A stretch of 63,963 nucleotides of DNA, the filler included, from an uncultured archaeon (GTDB lineage: Archaea; Iainarchaeota; Iainarchaeia; Iainarchaeales; 1-14-0-10-31-34): NCBI GenBank assembly GCA_964442255.1. It is 3 parts of 3 records of this genome, joined end to end, with 100 filler letters (N's around TTAATTAATTAA, not from the genome) between each part and the next. Parts side by side here need not be neighbours in the genome. Positions count along the whole stretch, not along the records: positions 1 to 28,579 come from CAYTYC010000015.1; 2 more parts are not named here. One strand, written 5' to 3'. Position 1 is the stretch's first letter. The number at the start of each line of letters is the position of its first letter. Positions 8,790-17,166 of this stretch are shown here, in pieces. The notes below the pieces were generated by a model. The model was not told the DNA's origin. It saw nothing but the letters and a program-made list of their open reading frames with translations, and did no database searches. Made by a program: the position numbers and the translations under genes.

Positions 8790-9003
8790 AGCAGTTTCCT
8801 GGATTCTTCTTTTGTTAATCCCATTGACTTGATTATTGAATCAGGGTTCCTTTTTTGAGAGGCCTTTTTTCAGGGATTACAAGGATCTGTTCTTCCCTAT
8901 TTTTAAGTATTACATGGCTTCCCTTCTGCCTTACAAAACGGTAGCCAAGAGTTTCCGCGACTTTAATCACTTTCTTTGAGGAAACAGCAGGCAGCTTAGG
9001 CAT
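8786..9003 (-). pseudogene. hicA: HicA toxin with 1-nt frameshift near C-terminus
   Basis: MPKLPAVSSKKVIKVAETLGYRFVRQKGSHVILK...LKKGTLIQ stop. The expected tail SIIKSMGLTKEESRKLL is in the adjacent frame. Confidence 0.8.
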
Positions 9004-9226
9004 AAGCCTTCACATGCGCTTTCTCTATTGAAACAGTTTTGAGGAGTTGTTTAAGTTTTGTTTTTCTTGTTTCCTCAAGATACAACAAAATTGCTTCCCT
9101 AATGTTTTTCCTTGCCTCTGATTTTGTTTCACCTTCAGAAATGCACCCAGGCAACGCTGGAACATAGGCAGTAAATCCGCCTTCTTTTTGCTTTTCCAAT
9201 ACAATATCTAAATCCATTTCTTTCAC
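8996..9226 (-). CDS. hicB: HicB family antitoxin
   Basis: GGFTAYVPALPGCISEGETKSEARKNIREAI. Confidence 0.9.
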   Translation of the reverse strand: MKEMDLDIVLEKQKEGGFTAYVPALPGCISEGETKSEARKNIREAILLYLEETRKTKLKQLLKTVSIEKAHVKAYA

Positions 9227-9278
9227 CTATGAAATAGCGTTGCCGGGGTATAAAAATCTTTCCTTACGTCAATTGGCG

Positions 9279-9698
9279 CTACAAAAATGACCTGATTTTT
9301 TCCTTCATTTCATCCATTTCCTTTGTTTCCTTTTTGTATTCTTCCCTTTTCCACTTTGTTTCATGCGCGTCATGGTCAAACCGCGGAATCACGTGAAAAT
9401 GCAGGTGCGGAACCTCCTGCCCGGCCGCCTTTCCGTTCAGCTGGATGACGCTTACGCCGTGCGCTGAAGTGGCTTTTTCCACGGCAACGGAAACCCTCTG
9501 CGCCAGCACAATCACTTCTTTCAGCTCGTCTTCCGGAACATTGGGAAGCCGTTCGTAATGCTTTTTTGGAATCACCAAAGCATGGCCCTTGTTTGCGGGC
9601 TGAATATCCAGAAACGCGATTGCATTTTTGGTTTCGGCGAGCCTTGCGGAAGGGATTTCGCCCTTCACTATCCTGCAAAAAATGCATTCTCCAGCCAT
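9279..9698 (-). CDS. hit: HIT family hydrolase
   Basis: CIFC, HALVIPKKH, HLHFHVIPR. Confidence 0.95.
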   Translation of the reverse strand: MAGECIFCRIVKGEIPSARLAETKNAIAFLDIQPANKGHALVIPKKHYERLPNVPEDELKEVIVLAQRVSVAVEKATSAHGVSVIQLNGKAAGQEVPHLHFHVIPRFDHDAHETKWKREEYKKETKEMDEMKEKIRSFL

Positions 9699-9758
9699 TC
9701 CAACCAAACAATCTTTTCCGGAAAAAGCTTTTATTTGTTTTCTGCTCGCGTGATCCCC

Positions 9759-10088
9759 TTACTGGCTGAAGATTTCCTCTCTCTTGATTTTCTTCGCTAC
9801 CTTTTCCCCAAACTCTTGCACAGAAGCACTCAAAGGAGGCTCTATTTTCCTTTTCTCCAATTCTTTCAGAAACCCAAAAAAACTCAGCCCACTAAGCTTC
9901 CACGCCTTCTTCAGGCCTATCCTGCCTTTTGCATACAAGTTGATTGACTCATTAACCAAGAATTTTTCCATTGCCTCCAAGAAGATTTTCTTAGCCAAGG
10001 TAGTGTGCGGCAAATGCTCCTCTTTTGCAAAAAACTCCAGGGCATCAACCTTTTCAGCTTGGAGCAACATATTCAATTGTTTTCCCAT
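9759..10088 (-). CDS. UPF0175-like putative antitoxin
   Basis: INLYAKGRIGLKKAWKLSGLS-F-ELEKRKI. Confidence 0.7.
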   Translation of the reverse strand: MGKQLNMLLQAEKVDALEFFAKEEHLPHTTLAKKIFLEAMEKFLVNESINLYAKGRIGLKKAWKLSGLSFFGFLKELEKRKIEPPLSASVQEFGEKVAKKIKREEIFSQ

Positions 10089-10090
10089 AC

Positions 10091-10139
10091 CCTATAATTT
10101 ATAGAGAAATATTTATAAGTTTATCCTATAATCTATAGG
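10091..10139. promoter_or_regulatory. Bidirectional promoter with two palindromic operators (CTATA-N3-TATAG)
   Basis: CTATAATTTATAG (10092-10104) and CCTATAATCTATAGG (10125-10139) flank a central ATTTATAA. Confidence 0.55.
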
Positions 10140-10141
10140 TT

Positions 10142-10615
10142 ATGCTTGCGGTTGACACCTGCTCCTGGTTTAAGATTAAACTTATTGAAAAAGAGCTCGG
10201 CGAAGATTTAATTGCCTTCTTTAAGAAGAGCGGCCTGAATCTATTTTTCACTTACCCCCTTCACGAAGAGCTGGCCCATTTTTTTCCCGGACTAAAAACT
10301 TTCATTAAAAACTACCCTCTTTTGCCCCAAGGGGCCAAATTCAAAGAATTTCTGTCCCTTGGTTTTGATGAAGCTGATTCCTCCTTGTTGGAGTATGCTG
10401 CCATTCAAGATGCAATTGTTGTGAGCGAAGACCCGGAAATGAGGACCTTTGCTAAAATAAGAAAATTTAAGGTAATTCCCTTGGCACAGTTGGTTTTCTT
10501 GTTCTTTAAGTGGAAGAAAATAAGTCCAGAGAGAAGCAACAGGATAATAAATTTTTTAAGAGAAAAGAAAAACATTGGAAAAAGAGAGCACGAAAAACTA
10601 ATCAAAAAGTTTTAG
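10142..10615 (+). CDS. PIN-domain (VapC-like) protein
   Basis: AVDTC, E in helix, DEADSSLL, VVSED. Confidence 0.7.
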   Translation: MLAVDTCSWFKIKLIEKELGEDLIAFFKKSGLNLFFTYPLHEELAHFFPGLKTFIKNYPLLPQGAKFKEFLSLGFDEADSSLLEYAAIQDAIVVSEDPEMRTFAKIRKFKVIPLAQLVFLFFKWKKISPERSNRIINFLREKKNIGKREHEKLIKKF

Positions 10616-10977
10616 GGCTTGTTTTTCATTTCCGTGCCCTCAACGGTGAATGCCGGCACGCATATGCAATAAAACTCTAACCCCTCTTCACCAGTGTTTT
10701 CAATGAAGTGCCTGCTTTCTTTTGGGATAAGGACAGCTTCTCCTTCGATTATTTCTTCGGTTTCTTCATTGATGTGCATTTTTCCTTTTCCTTTTTTCAC
10801 CAGATAAATTTCCGTGAAATGGTGGGTGTGTTCTTCTGTTTTTTTCCCCGGGAAAACTTTTGCGAGCGCAAGGCTCACCTCTTTTGTGCCGGTGGAAGGG
10901 ATTCCGATTAATTCAATTATTTTGCTTGAGTCAACCGCGGTAAAAAAGCCTTTTTCATTTGCCCGGGAAATTTTCAT
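10612..10977 (-). CDS. Cupin domain protein
   Basis: HTH-x2-TEIY-GKG and GEAVLIP-HFIEN. Confidence 0.9.
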   Translation of the reverse strand: MKISRANEKGFFTAVDSSKIIELIGIPSTGTKEVSLALAKVFPGKKTEEHTHHFTEIYLVKKGKGKMHINEETEEIIEGEAVLIPKESRHFIENTGEEGLEFYCICVPAFTVEGTEMKNKP

Positions 10978-11017
10978 TACAACCACAAGACTTATTGTTA
11001 ACAACCCGAAGAAATAT

Positions 11018-11434
11018 TTAATGCTTTACTGCCGCTTCCGGGGCATTGTTTACCACAATTCTGTCGTTTTCCAGCAGGCCTCTTGGGCAGACGAAAACAA
11101 TGACCATCGGGCTGTCCCCTGTGTTTTCCAGGCAGTGCGCGTGTCCAGCCGGAATCCTGAACACATCGCCTTCCTTGACTTCAAAGGGCTCCTCCCATTC
11201 CGTTAGGTATTCTTTGCCTTTTTTGTTGACTTTTCCCTGAAGCATTTTTCCGTGCCCCTGAATGATGTGGTAAATTTCGTCTCCTTTAAAGTGCACGTGG
11301 GACTGCACTTTTTCGGCTATTTCCGCTGCATGGTATTCAAAGCCGGTGCTTTCAAAAAGCTTGATTCGGATGATTTTTACTTTTGGGTCTATTTCCGCCT
11401 CGTTCAGTTTCTCGAAAATGTTTGTTTTTTCCAT
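11018..11434 (-). CDS. Cupin domain protein
   Basis: HVH-x3-DEIY and GDVFRIPAGHAH. Confidence 0.9.
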   Translation of the reverse strand: MEKTNIFEKLNEAEIDPKVKIIRIKLFESTGFEYHAAEIAEKVQSHVHFKGDEIYHIIQGHGKMLQGKVNKKGKEYLTEWEEPFEVKEGDVFRIPAGHAHCLENTGDSPMVIVFVCPRGLLENDRIVVNNAPEAAVKH

Positions 11435-11453
11435 TCCTTTCCCCGTAAAAAAT

Positions 11454-11617
11454 TGCTCCGACCGGGATTCGAACCCGGGTTATTGGCTTTCCTCAAAGCG
11501 CCTGAGAAATATTATCGGGATATCAAGCGTAAGCGAGATATCCCACGTATCTCGGCACACCCGACCGAAACCGGGTTTGAAAGGCCAATGTGCTTAACCG
11601 GACTACACTATCGGAGC
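11454..11617 (-). tRNA. tRNA-Glu(TTC) with 89-nt intron at 37/38 (11489-11577)
   Basis: Acceptor GCTCCGA/TCGGAGC, anticodon arm TTGGC-CT-TTC-A|A-GCCAA, T-loop GGTTCGAATCC. Confidence 0.92.
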
Positions 11618-11717
11618 ACATGGTTTGGCTGTTATTGAAGAGTGCTTTGCAAGGTTTTTAAATCTGTTGCCTTTAAAATTATTGAATTAAAGCACGATTT
11701 TTTTTGGGGAAAAAGAG

Positions 11718-11885
11718 ATGGCAAAGTTTGAGCAGGCAGAGAAAAGGCTTTTCGCGAACGTATGGGTCTGCATGAAATGCAACGCAAAGAACAGGAGCAC
11801 GCCTGGAAAAAAGCCGGAAAGGTGCAGAAAATGCCACGGCAAAAACCTGAGGCTGAAAAGAAAGGCTTCAAAGAAGGCAAAGTAA
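11718..11885 (+). CDS. rpl40e: 50S ribosomal protein L40e, 55 aa, not in ORF track
   Basis: [25 protein letters not shown]...[15 protein letters not shown]. Confidence 0.9.
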   Translation: MAKFEQAEKRLFANVWVCMKCNAKNRSTPGKKPERCRKCHGKNLRLKRKASKKAK

Positions 11886-12769
11886 TGCCCTTAATTGATT
11901 ACTGGAAAATTCTGCGCCCAAAAAACTGTGCAATCGCGTCTTTCGGCGCGTTCATAGGCTACTGCCTGACTCACGGAATAATGGCCTTCAATCCCCTGAT
12001 CGGGCTTGGAATGGCAACCGTTTTCATTATTTGCGGCGCAGGACAGGCAATAAACGACTACTTTGACCTGCAAATTGACAGGAAAATAAAGCCCCAAAGG
12101 CCGCTTGCAGCCGGAAGAATGAAACCGGAAAACGCCTATTATTTTGCTGTGGCACTGTTTGTGCTTGGAATAATTTTGTCTGCGTTCATTAATTACACCG
12201 CGCTGGCGATAGCCGTGGTGTTCAGCTTCCTTTTGTACGCTTACTCGGCTTTCCTTGGAAAATACAAATTCATCGGAAACTGGGTTGTTGCCTCCGGAAC
12301 AGCCTTCACCCTGGTTTTTGGTTCAGCGGTTGCAAGAAATTATTTCTTTTATTTTTTTCTTCCAAAGGGAACAATTCTTTTGGGGAGGCCTGCGGCGGAG
12401 GCGTTTTTTCTTCCTCTGGTGCTGGCGTTTGCCGCGCTGTTTGCGAACGCGGCAAGGGAAATCATAAAGGATTCGGAGGACTTAAGCGGCGACAAGGGAA
12501 AAAAGAAAACCCTTCCGCAAATGGTTTCCCGGAAAACGGTTAAGGCGGTTGTAGCCTCTCTTTATTCCATGACAATAGTGGCTGCGTTGATTCCGCTTTT
12601 CCTGGGGATTTTCTCCAACGTATTTTACCTTTCACTGGTTTCGCTTTCAATTCTTGCCTTTATTTATTCTTTTATTTTGCTGCTTAAAAATTCCCTCCAC
12701 AAAAGCCAAATTTCTTCCAAGGCAGGAATGTTTTTGGGGCTGACTGCGTTCCTATTGGGTTTAATTTAA
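11885..12769 (+). CDS. Digeranylgeranylglyceryl phosphate synthase (UbiA family)
   Basis: LRPKNC, AINDYFDLQIDR-KPQRPL, REIIKDSEDLSGD; start coupled to the L40e stop. Confidence 0.85.
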   Translation: MPLIDYWKILRPKNCAIASFGAFIGYCLTHGIMAFNPLIGLGMATVFIICGAGQAINDYFDLQIDRKIKPQRPLAAGRMKPENAYYFAVALFVLGIILSAFINYTALAIAVVFSFLLYAYSAFLGKYKFIGNWVVASGTAFTLVFGSAVARNYFFYFFLPKGTILLGRPAAEAFFLPLVLAFAALFANAAREIIKDSEDLSGDKGKKKTLPQMVSRKTVKAVVASLYSMTIVAALIPLFLGIFSNVFYLSLVSLSILAFIYSFILLLKNSLHKSQISSKAGMFLGLTAFLLGLI

Positions 12770-12790
12770 ATTAACCTTGAAGGACAATAC

Positions 12791-13729
12791 TTGTTCATGC
12801 GCGAACACGTTTTGGCGAAAGCCTTTGCGGTTCTCCAAAGTAAAGGGTTTGGCGTAAGTTCTTTCCTTCACACAAACTCGTGCTTTGATTTGCTTGCAAA
12901 GCGGGGAAAAACAATTTTTTTGCTGAAGGTGTTTGAAAACATTGACGCCTTAAGGGAGGACCAGGCAAGGGAGTTAATGCATTTGAGCAGCGCATTCAAC
13001 GCCCATTCCCTTGTGTTGGGGGAAAAAACCAAGGCATTTGAATTAAGGCCGAACACGGTTTACGAGCGCTACTCCCTTCCGGTTGTTTCGGTTGAAACAT
13101 TCGGAAAGCTTTTGGATGACTCCTTTCCGGAAGTAAAATACTTCAAGGGAAAAGCGGTTGTGGAGCTGGATTCAGAGGGCTTAAGGAAAGCGAGGCAAAG
13201 GCTTTCACTGAGTTTGGAGGAAGTTGCCGACAAAATACATTCATCCAGGGAAACCCTGTACAGGTACGAGCACGGGCACTCCGCTTCTTTGGAAACAGCA
13301 AAAAAACTGGAAAAGGTTTTGAAGGAGAACCTGATTAAAAGCGATTCCTCTTTGAGGGACTTTTTTGGGGACTTTGAAAAGGATTACGGGTTTGCGCTTG
13401 ACGAATTCCCTGAGTTCTCGGATTCAGCGCTGGAGAAAATCCACGAACTTGGCTTACGGGTATCGGTTTTCAAGCACGCCCCTTTCCGTGCGTTTTCGGA
13501 TTCAGAGGAAATGCTTTTGATTGGAAGGGGACGGGAAAAAAGCGAGTTAAACCGGAAAGCGGAAAGCCTGCAAAAATCAAGGGAAATGCTTGGGCCGCAT
13601 TCAATGCTTGTGGCAAAAAGGTTTGGCCACGAAAAAATCGGGTTCATTCCGGTCATAAGGGAAGAGGAACTGGACTCTTTTTCCAAAGGAAAAGACCTGT
13701 TAAGGGAAGTGAAAAAAAGGGAAAAATAA
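12791..13729 (+). CDS. Archaeal Cro/C1-type HTH transcriptional regulator
   Basis: CFDLLA, LLKVFENID, VYERY, HTH LSLEEVA-SRETLYRYE, HAPF. Confidence 0.8.
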   Translation: MFMREHVLAKAFAVLQSKGFGVSSFLHTNSCFDLLAKRGKTIFLLKVFENIDALREDQARELMHLSSAFNAHSLVLGEKTKAFELRPNTVYERYSLPVVSVETFGKLLDDSFPEVKYFKGKAVVELDSEGLRKARQRLSLSLEEVADKIHSSRETLYRYEHGHSASLETAKKLEKVLKENLIKSDSSLRDFFGDFEKDYGFALDEFPEFSDSALEKIHELGLRVSVFKHAPFRAFSDSEEMLLIGRGREKSELNRKAESLQKSREMLGPHSMLVAKRFGHEKIGFIPVIREEELDSFSKGKDLLREVKKREK

Positions 13730-13736
13730 AAAGGGT

Positions 13737-13860
13737 TTGAAGCAGGAAAGGGGGAAAAAGAATGGAAGTAGGTTTTGAATTGAAGGGAAGGCAATCGTTG
13801 AAGCAGGAAAGGGGGAAAAAGAATGGAAGTAATTGATTTTGAATTGAAGAGAAAACAGCT
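13737..13860 (+). repeat. 61-bp imperfect tandem duplication of the pcm 5' end
   Basis: TTGAAGCAGGAAAGGGGGAAAAAGAATGGAAGTA at 13737 and 13798. Confidence 0.85.
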
Positions 13861-14479
13861 GGTTGAATTCATGAAGTCTTCAGGGGTTTTGAGGAGCCCG
13901 GAAGCTGAAAGGGCTTTTTTGAATGTGAAAAGGGAACTTTTTTTTCCGCATCAGTCGGTTGAGTTTGCGTACGCTGATGACGCGTTTCCCATCGGCTTGG
14001 GGCAGACGATTTCACAGCCTTCAACTATTGCGGTGATGCTGGAAATGCTTCAGGCAAAAGAGGGAATGAATGTTTTGGAGGTTGGCTCGGGATGCGGTTA
14101 TGGGCTTGCATTGCTTTCCGAATTGGTTGGGGAAAATGGCTGGGTTTTCGGGACGGAATTATTGCATGGGCTTATGGAAAAAAGCAGGCGCAATCTTGAG
14201 CTGCAGGGCTGCACGAATGTTGAGGTTGTGGAAGGCGACGGCTCCCGGGGATTGTCGGAAAAAAGCCCTTTTGACAGGGTTTTGGTTAGCGCGGCCTGCC
14301 CTTTCCTGCCGAAGCCGTTGTTTGACCAATTGGAGGAAGGCGGAACTGCGGTTGCGCCAATTGGAGACAGCTTCACGCAGCAAATGGTTTCAGTCCGCAA
14401 AGTGAAGGGAAAGCCCCTGAAAAAGCCCTATCTTCAAAGCATGTTCAGGTTTGTTCCGTTGAAACTGGAGATGCCTTAA
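13823..14479 (+). CDS. pcm: Protein-L-isoaspartate O-methyltransferase
   Basis: GQTISQP, VLEVGSGCGY, GDGSRG, PFDRVLVSAA. Confidence 0.95.
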   Translation: MEVIDFELKRKQLVEFMKSSGVLRSPEAERAFLNVKRELFFPHQSVEFAYADDAFPIGLGQTISQPSTIAVMLEMLQAKEGMNVLEVGSGCGYGLALLSELVGENGWVFGTELLHGLMEKSRRNLELQGCTNVEVVEGDGSRGLSEKSPFDRVLVSAACPFLPKPLFDQLEEGGTAVAPIGDSFTQQMVSVRKVKGKPLKKPYLQSMFRFVPLKLEMP

Positions 14480-14921
14480 AGCCGCAGCCCAAGCCCTTTA
14501 AGCCTTTCTTCGCTTTTTTTAAGCCACAAAAATCTTTCCGCGTGGGTTTTTTTAAGAAGGGATTCAACCAATTCCAGTTCCCTTAGGCGTTTTCTTTCTT
14601 GAGGGCTTATTTTTTTAAATCTGCTTTTCATTTTGCCCCTTTTCAAACATTGTTTCCTGGATTTTGATGACGCTGACTTATTTTTTTAAATCTGCTTTTC
14701 ATTTTGCCCCTTAGCCCCTCAATCTCTTCCAAGGCAGCGTCAACCTTTTGTTTTTCAAAATCTTCAATAAATCTCTTGATGATGCCCCTTTTGGCGGGAA
14801 GCCCAAAGTATTTCCTGCCAACACTTTTTTTTTCTTCAATTCGGCGGAGGGTCTCTTCAGAAGGCTTTTCAGCCTTTGGCTTCTTCTTTTTTCCCCTCAG
14901 CCAGCCAAAGAATTTGCTCAT
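14476..14921 (-). pseudogene. Hypothetical gene apparently split by a 71-bp-period duplication (ORFs 14643-14921 and 14476-14631)
   Basis: 36-bp repeat at 14606-14641 and 14677-14712, encoding GKMKSRFKKIS twice. Confidence 0.5.
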
Positions 14922-15847
14922 ATTTTTCCCAACAGCCACAGCATTATTGCCTTCTGCGAGTGCAGGCGGTTTTCCGCTTCATCGAACACAATGCTTTGCT
15001 TTCCGTCAATCACTTCATTGGTCACTTCCATTCCCCTTTGGGCGGGAAGGCAGTGCATGAAGACTGCGGAAGGCTTTGCTTTTCCCATTAGTTCGGCGTT
15101 CACCTGGAAAGGCCTGAAGGCCTTAACCCTTTCCTCTTTTTCGTTTTCCGGAATGTTGTAGCTCATCCAGGAGTCAGTGCAGACAATGTCCGCGTCCTTC
15201 ACCGCTTCCTCCGCTTTGTGCAGAACTTCAACACTTGAATTGTTTTCTGAAGCAGATTTTTTCGCTTTCTCCACGGTTTCCGGGAAAGGCTCAAATTTTT
15301 CTCCCTGCGGGCAGCCGATTGAAATGCTTATTCCCGCAAGCGTGCACCCAAGCAAAAGCGAGTTAGGCATGTTTGTGTGCCCGTCCCCGAGGAACGCGAG
15401 CTTCAATCCCGCAAGCTTTCCGAATTTTTCCTTCACCGACTGCAGGTCAGCGACCACCTGGCACGGGTGAAAGGAGTCCGTCAGGGCGTTGATTACCGGA
15501 ACGGAAGAATTGGCCGCAAACTCCTCTATCTGCGGGTGTTCAAAGAGCCTTGCCATGACAACGTCAACGTAGCGGGAAACCGTTTTCGCGGTGTCGGCAA
15601 CGGATTCCTTTTTTCCCATTGGAGATGTTGAAACATCGTAGTATATTCCGTGCCCGCCGAGCTGCGTCATGCCTGTTTCAAAGCTTACCCTTGTGCGCAG
15701 GGAGGGCTTGGCGAAAACCATCAAAAGGGTTTTGTCCTTCAGTGCGTCGGAAAACCTTTCAGGGCTTTTCTTCACTTCAATTGATTTGTCTATAAGGAGT
15801 TCCAGTTCTTCAGGCTTCAGGTCCCCGAGAGTCAAAAAGTGCCTCAT
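14918..15847 (-). CDS. argF: Ornithine carbamoyltransferase
   Basis: SLRTRVSFE, HPCQ, DSWMS, FMHCLP, EAENR. Confidence 0.95.
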   Translation of the reverse strand: MRHFLTLGDLKPEELELLIDKSIEVKKSPERFSDALKDKTLLMVFAKPSLRTRVSFETGMTQLGGHGIYYDVSTSPMGKKESVADTAKTVSRYVDVVMARLFEHPQIEEFAANSSVPVINALTDSFHPCQVVADLQSVKEKFGKLAGLKLAFLGDGHTNMPNSLLLGCTLAGISISIGCPQGEKFEPFPETVEKAKKSASENNSSVEVLHKAEEAVKDADIVCTDSWMSYNIPENEKEERVKAFRPFQVNAELMGKAKPSAVFMHCLPAQRGMEVTNEVIDGKQSIVFDEAENRLHSQKAIMLWLLGKI

Positions 15848-17166
15848 TGTTTTCCCCCCATTACGCCGTTCAAAACCTTTTCAAGGCTTAATTCACCGAT
15901 TTCCTCCAAATCATACCTTACCCTGACAACCTTTTTGTTCGGGTTAATTAATTTGGTTAAGTCAATTGGCGTGCCGCTCAAAACAAGGTCTGCGTCTGAT
16001 TTGTTTATTGTTTCTTCCAAATCCTTTAGCTGCTGGTCGCTGTAACCCATTGCCGGCAAAATTTTTTCAAGGTGCGGGTATTTTGCGTAAGTTTCCTTTA
16101 TTGTTCCCGCCGCAAAAGGCCTTGGGTCAATCACGCTTTCCACCCCGTTTTGCTCCGCCGCAAGGAAGGCCGCGCCGTACTTCATTTCGCCGTGCGTGAG
16201 TGTGGGGCCGTCCTCTATAACCAAAACCTTTTTGCCCCTGATTTCCTCCGGCTCCTCAACCTTTAGCGGAGAGTTTGCTTCCACTATTTTTGCGCCGGAA
16301 TTCATTTTTTTGATGTTTTCCTTGAGTTTTTCAATGTTCTGCGGTTCCGCGGTATTCATTTTGTTTATTACCACAACATCCGCCATCCTGACATTTGTTT
16401 CCCCGGGATGGTAGCGGCTTTCGTGCCCCACCCTGTGCGGGTCAGCAACAACAATGTGCAAATCGCTTTTGTAAAAGCTGACGTCATTGTTGCCGCCGTC
16501 CCAGAGGATTACGTCGGCTTCTTTTTCCGCTTCCCGCAGAATGGCTTCAAAGTCAACCCCCGCGTAAAGGATTGTGCCTGCCTCGATGTGCAGTTCGTAT
16601 TCCTCCATTTCCTCAATCGTGCAGTTGTGCTTTTTCATGTCATCGTATTTTTCAAACCTCTGCACAGCCTGCTTCGCCAAATCCCCGTAAGGCATGGGGT
16701 GCCTGATGACTGCGACCTTTTTTCCCTTTGATTTCAGTATTTCCGCAACCCTCCTCGTTGTCTGGCTTTTTCCGGAGCCCGTTCGGACAGCGCAGATTGA
16801 AACAACTGGCTTTGAGGACTTTAACTGCATGAATTTTGGCCCAAGCAGCTTGAAGTCCGCGCCCAAAGCCAAAACCTGCGACGCCTTGTGCATCAGGTAT
16901 TCGTGTGAAACGTCGGAGTAAGAGAATACAACCTCATCAACGCTGTGCTCTTTAATTAACTCCTCCAGTTTTTTTTCCCCGTGAATCGGGATTCCTTCAG
17001 GGTAAAGCTTTCCCGAAAGTTCCGGTGGATACGGTCTTCCTTCAATCCACGGAATCTGCGTCGCAGTGAACGCGACCACCTCATAGTTTTCATTGTTTCT
17101 GTAGTATGTGTTGAAGTCGTGGAAGTCCCTGCCTGCCGCTCCCATAATCAAAACCTTTTTCTTCAT
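15844..17166 (-). CDS. arcE: P-loop protein of the cDPG-synthetase-like family; probable arginine synthetase
   Basis: GAAGRDFH, AVRTGSGKS, RHPMPYG, WDGGNND, EDGPTLTHG; overlaps the OTC start. Confidence 0.75.
   Translation of the reverse strand: MKKKVLIMGAAGRDFHDFNTYYRNNENYEVVAFTATQIPWIEGRPYPPELSGKLYPEGIPIHGEKKLEELIKEHSVDEVVFSYSDVSHEYLMHKASQVLALGADFKLLGPKFMQLKSSKPVVSICAVRTGSGKSQTTRRVAEILKSKGKKVAVIRHPMPYGDLAKQAVQRFEKYDDMKKHNCTIEEMEEYELHIEAGTILYAGVDFEAILREAEKEADVILWDGGNNDVSFYKSDLHIVVADPHRVGHESRYHPGETNVRMADVVVINKMNTAEPQNIEKLKENIKKMNSGAKIVEANSPLKVEEPEEIRGKKVLVIEDGPTLTHGEMKYGAAFLAAEQNGVESVIDPRPFAAGTIKETYAKYPHLEKILPAMGYSDQQLKDLEETINKSDADLVLSGTPIDLTKLINPNKKVVRVRYDLEEIGELSLEKVLNGVMGGKQ

Noticed and set aside
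11489..11577. Hammerhead ribozyme or C/D-box guide in the tRNA introns
   Set aside because: CGAAAC occurs on the antisense strand, but no CUGANGA core is shared by both introns, and no RUGAUGA/CUGA boxes are present in the sense strand.
11252..11638. ORFs overlapping tRNAs (11252-11638, 11346-11597, 27153-27437, 28398-28631) as intron-encoded proteins
   Set aside because: They run through tRNA exons, have no motifs, and the introns are too short to code.
11762..11884. N-terminal extension of DGGGP synthase in the ORF track
   Set aside because: This DNA is the rpl40e gene in another frame; the likely start is 11885.
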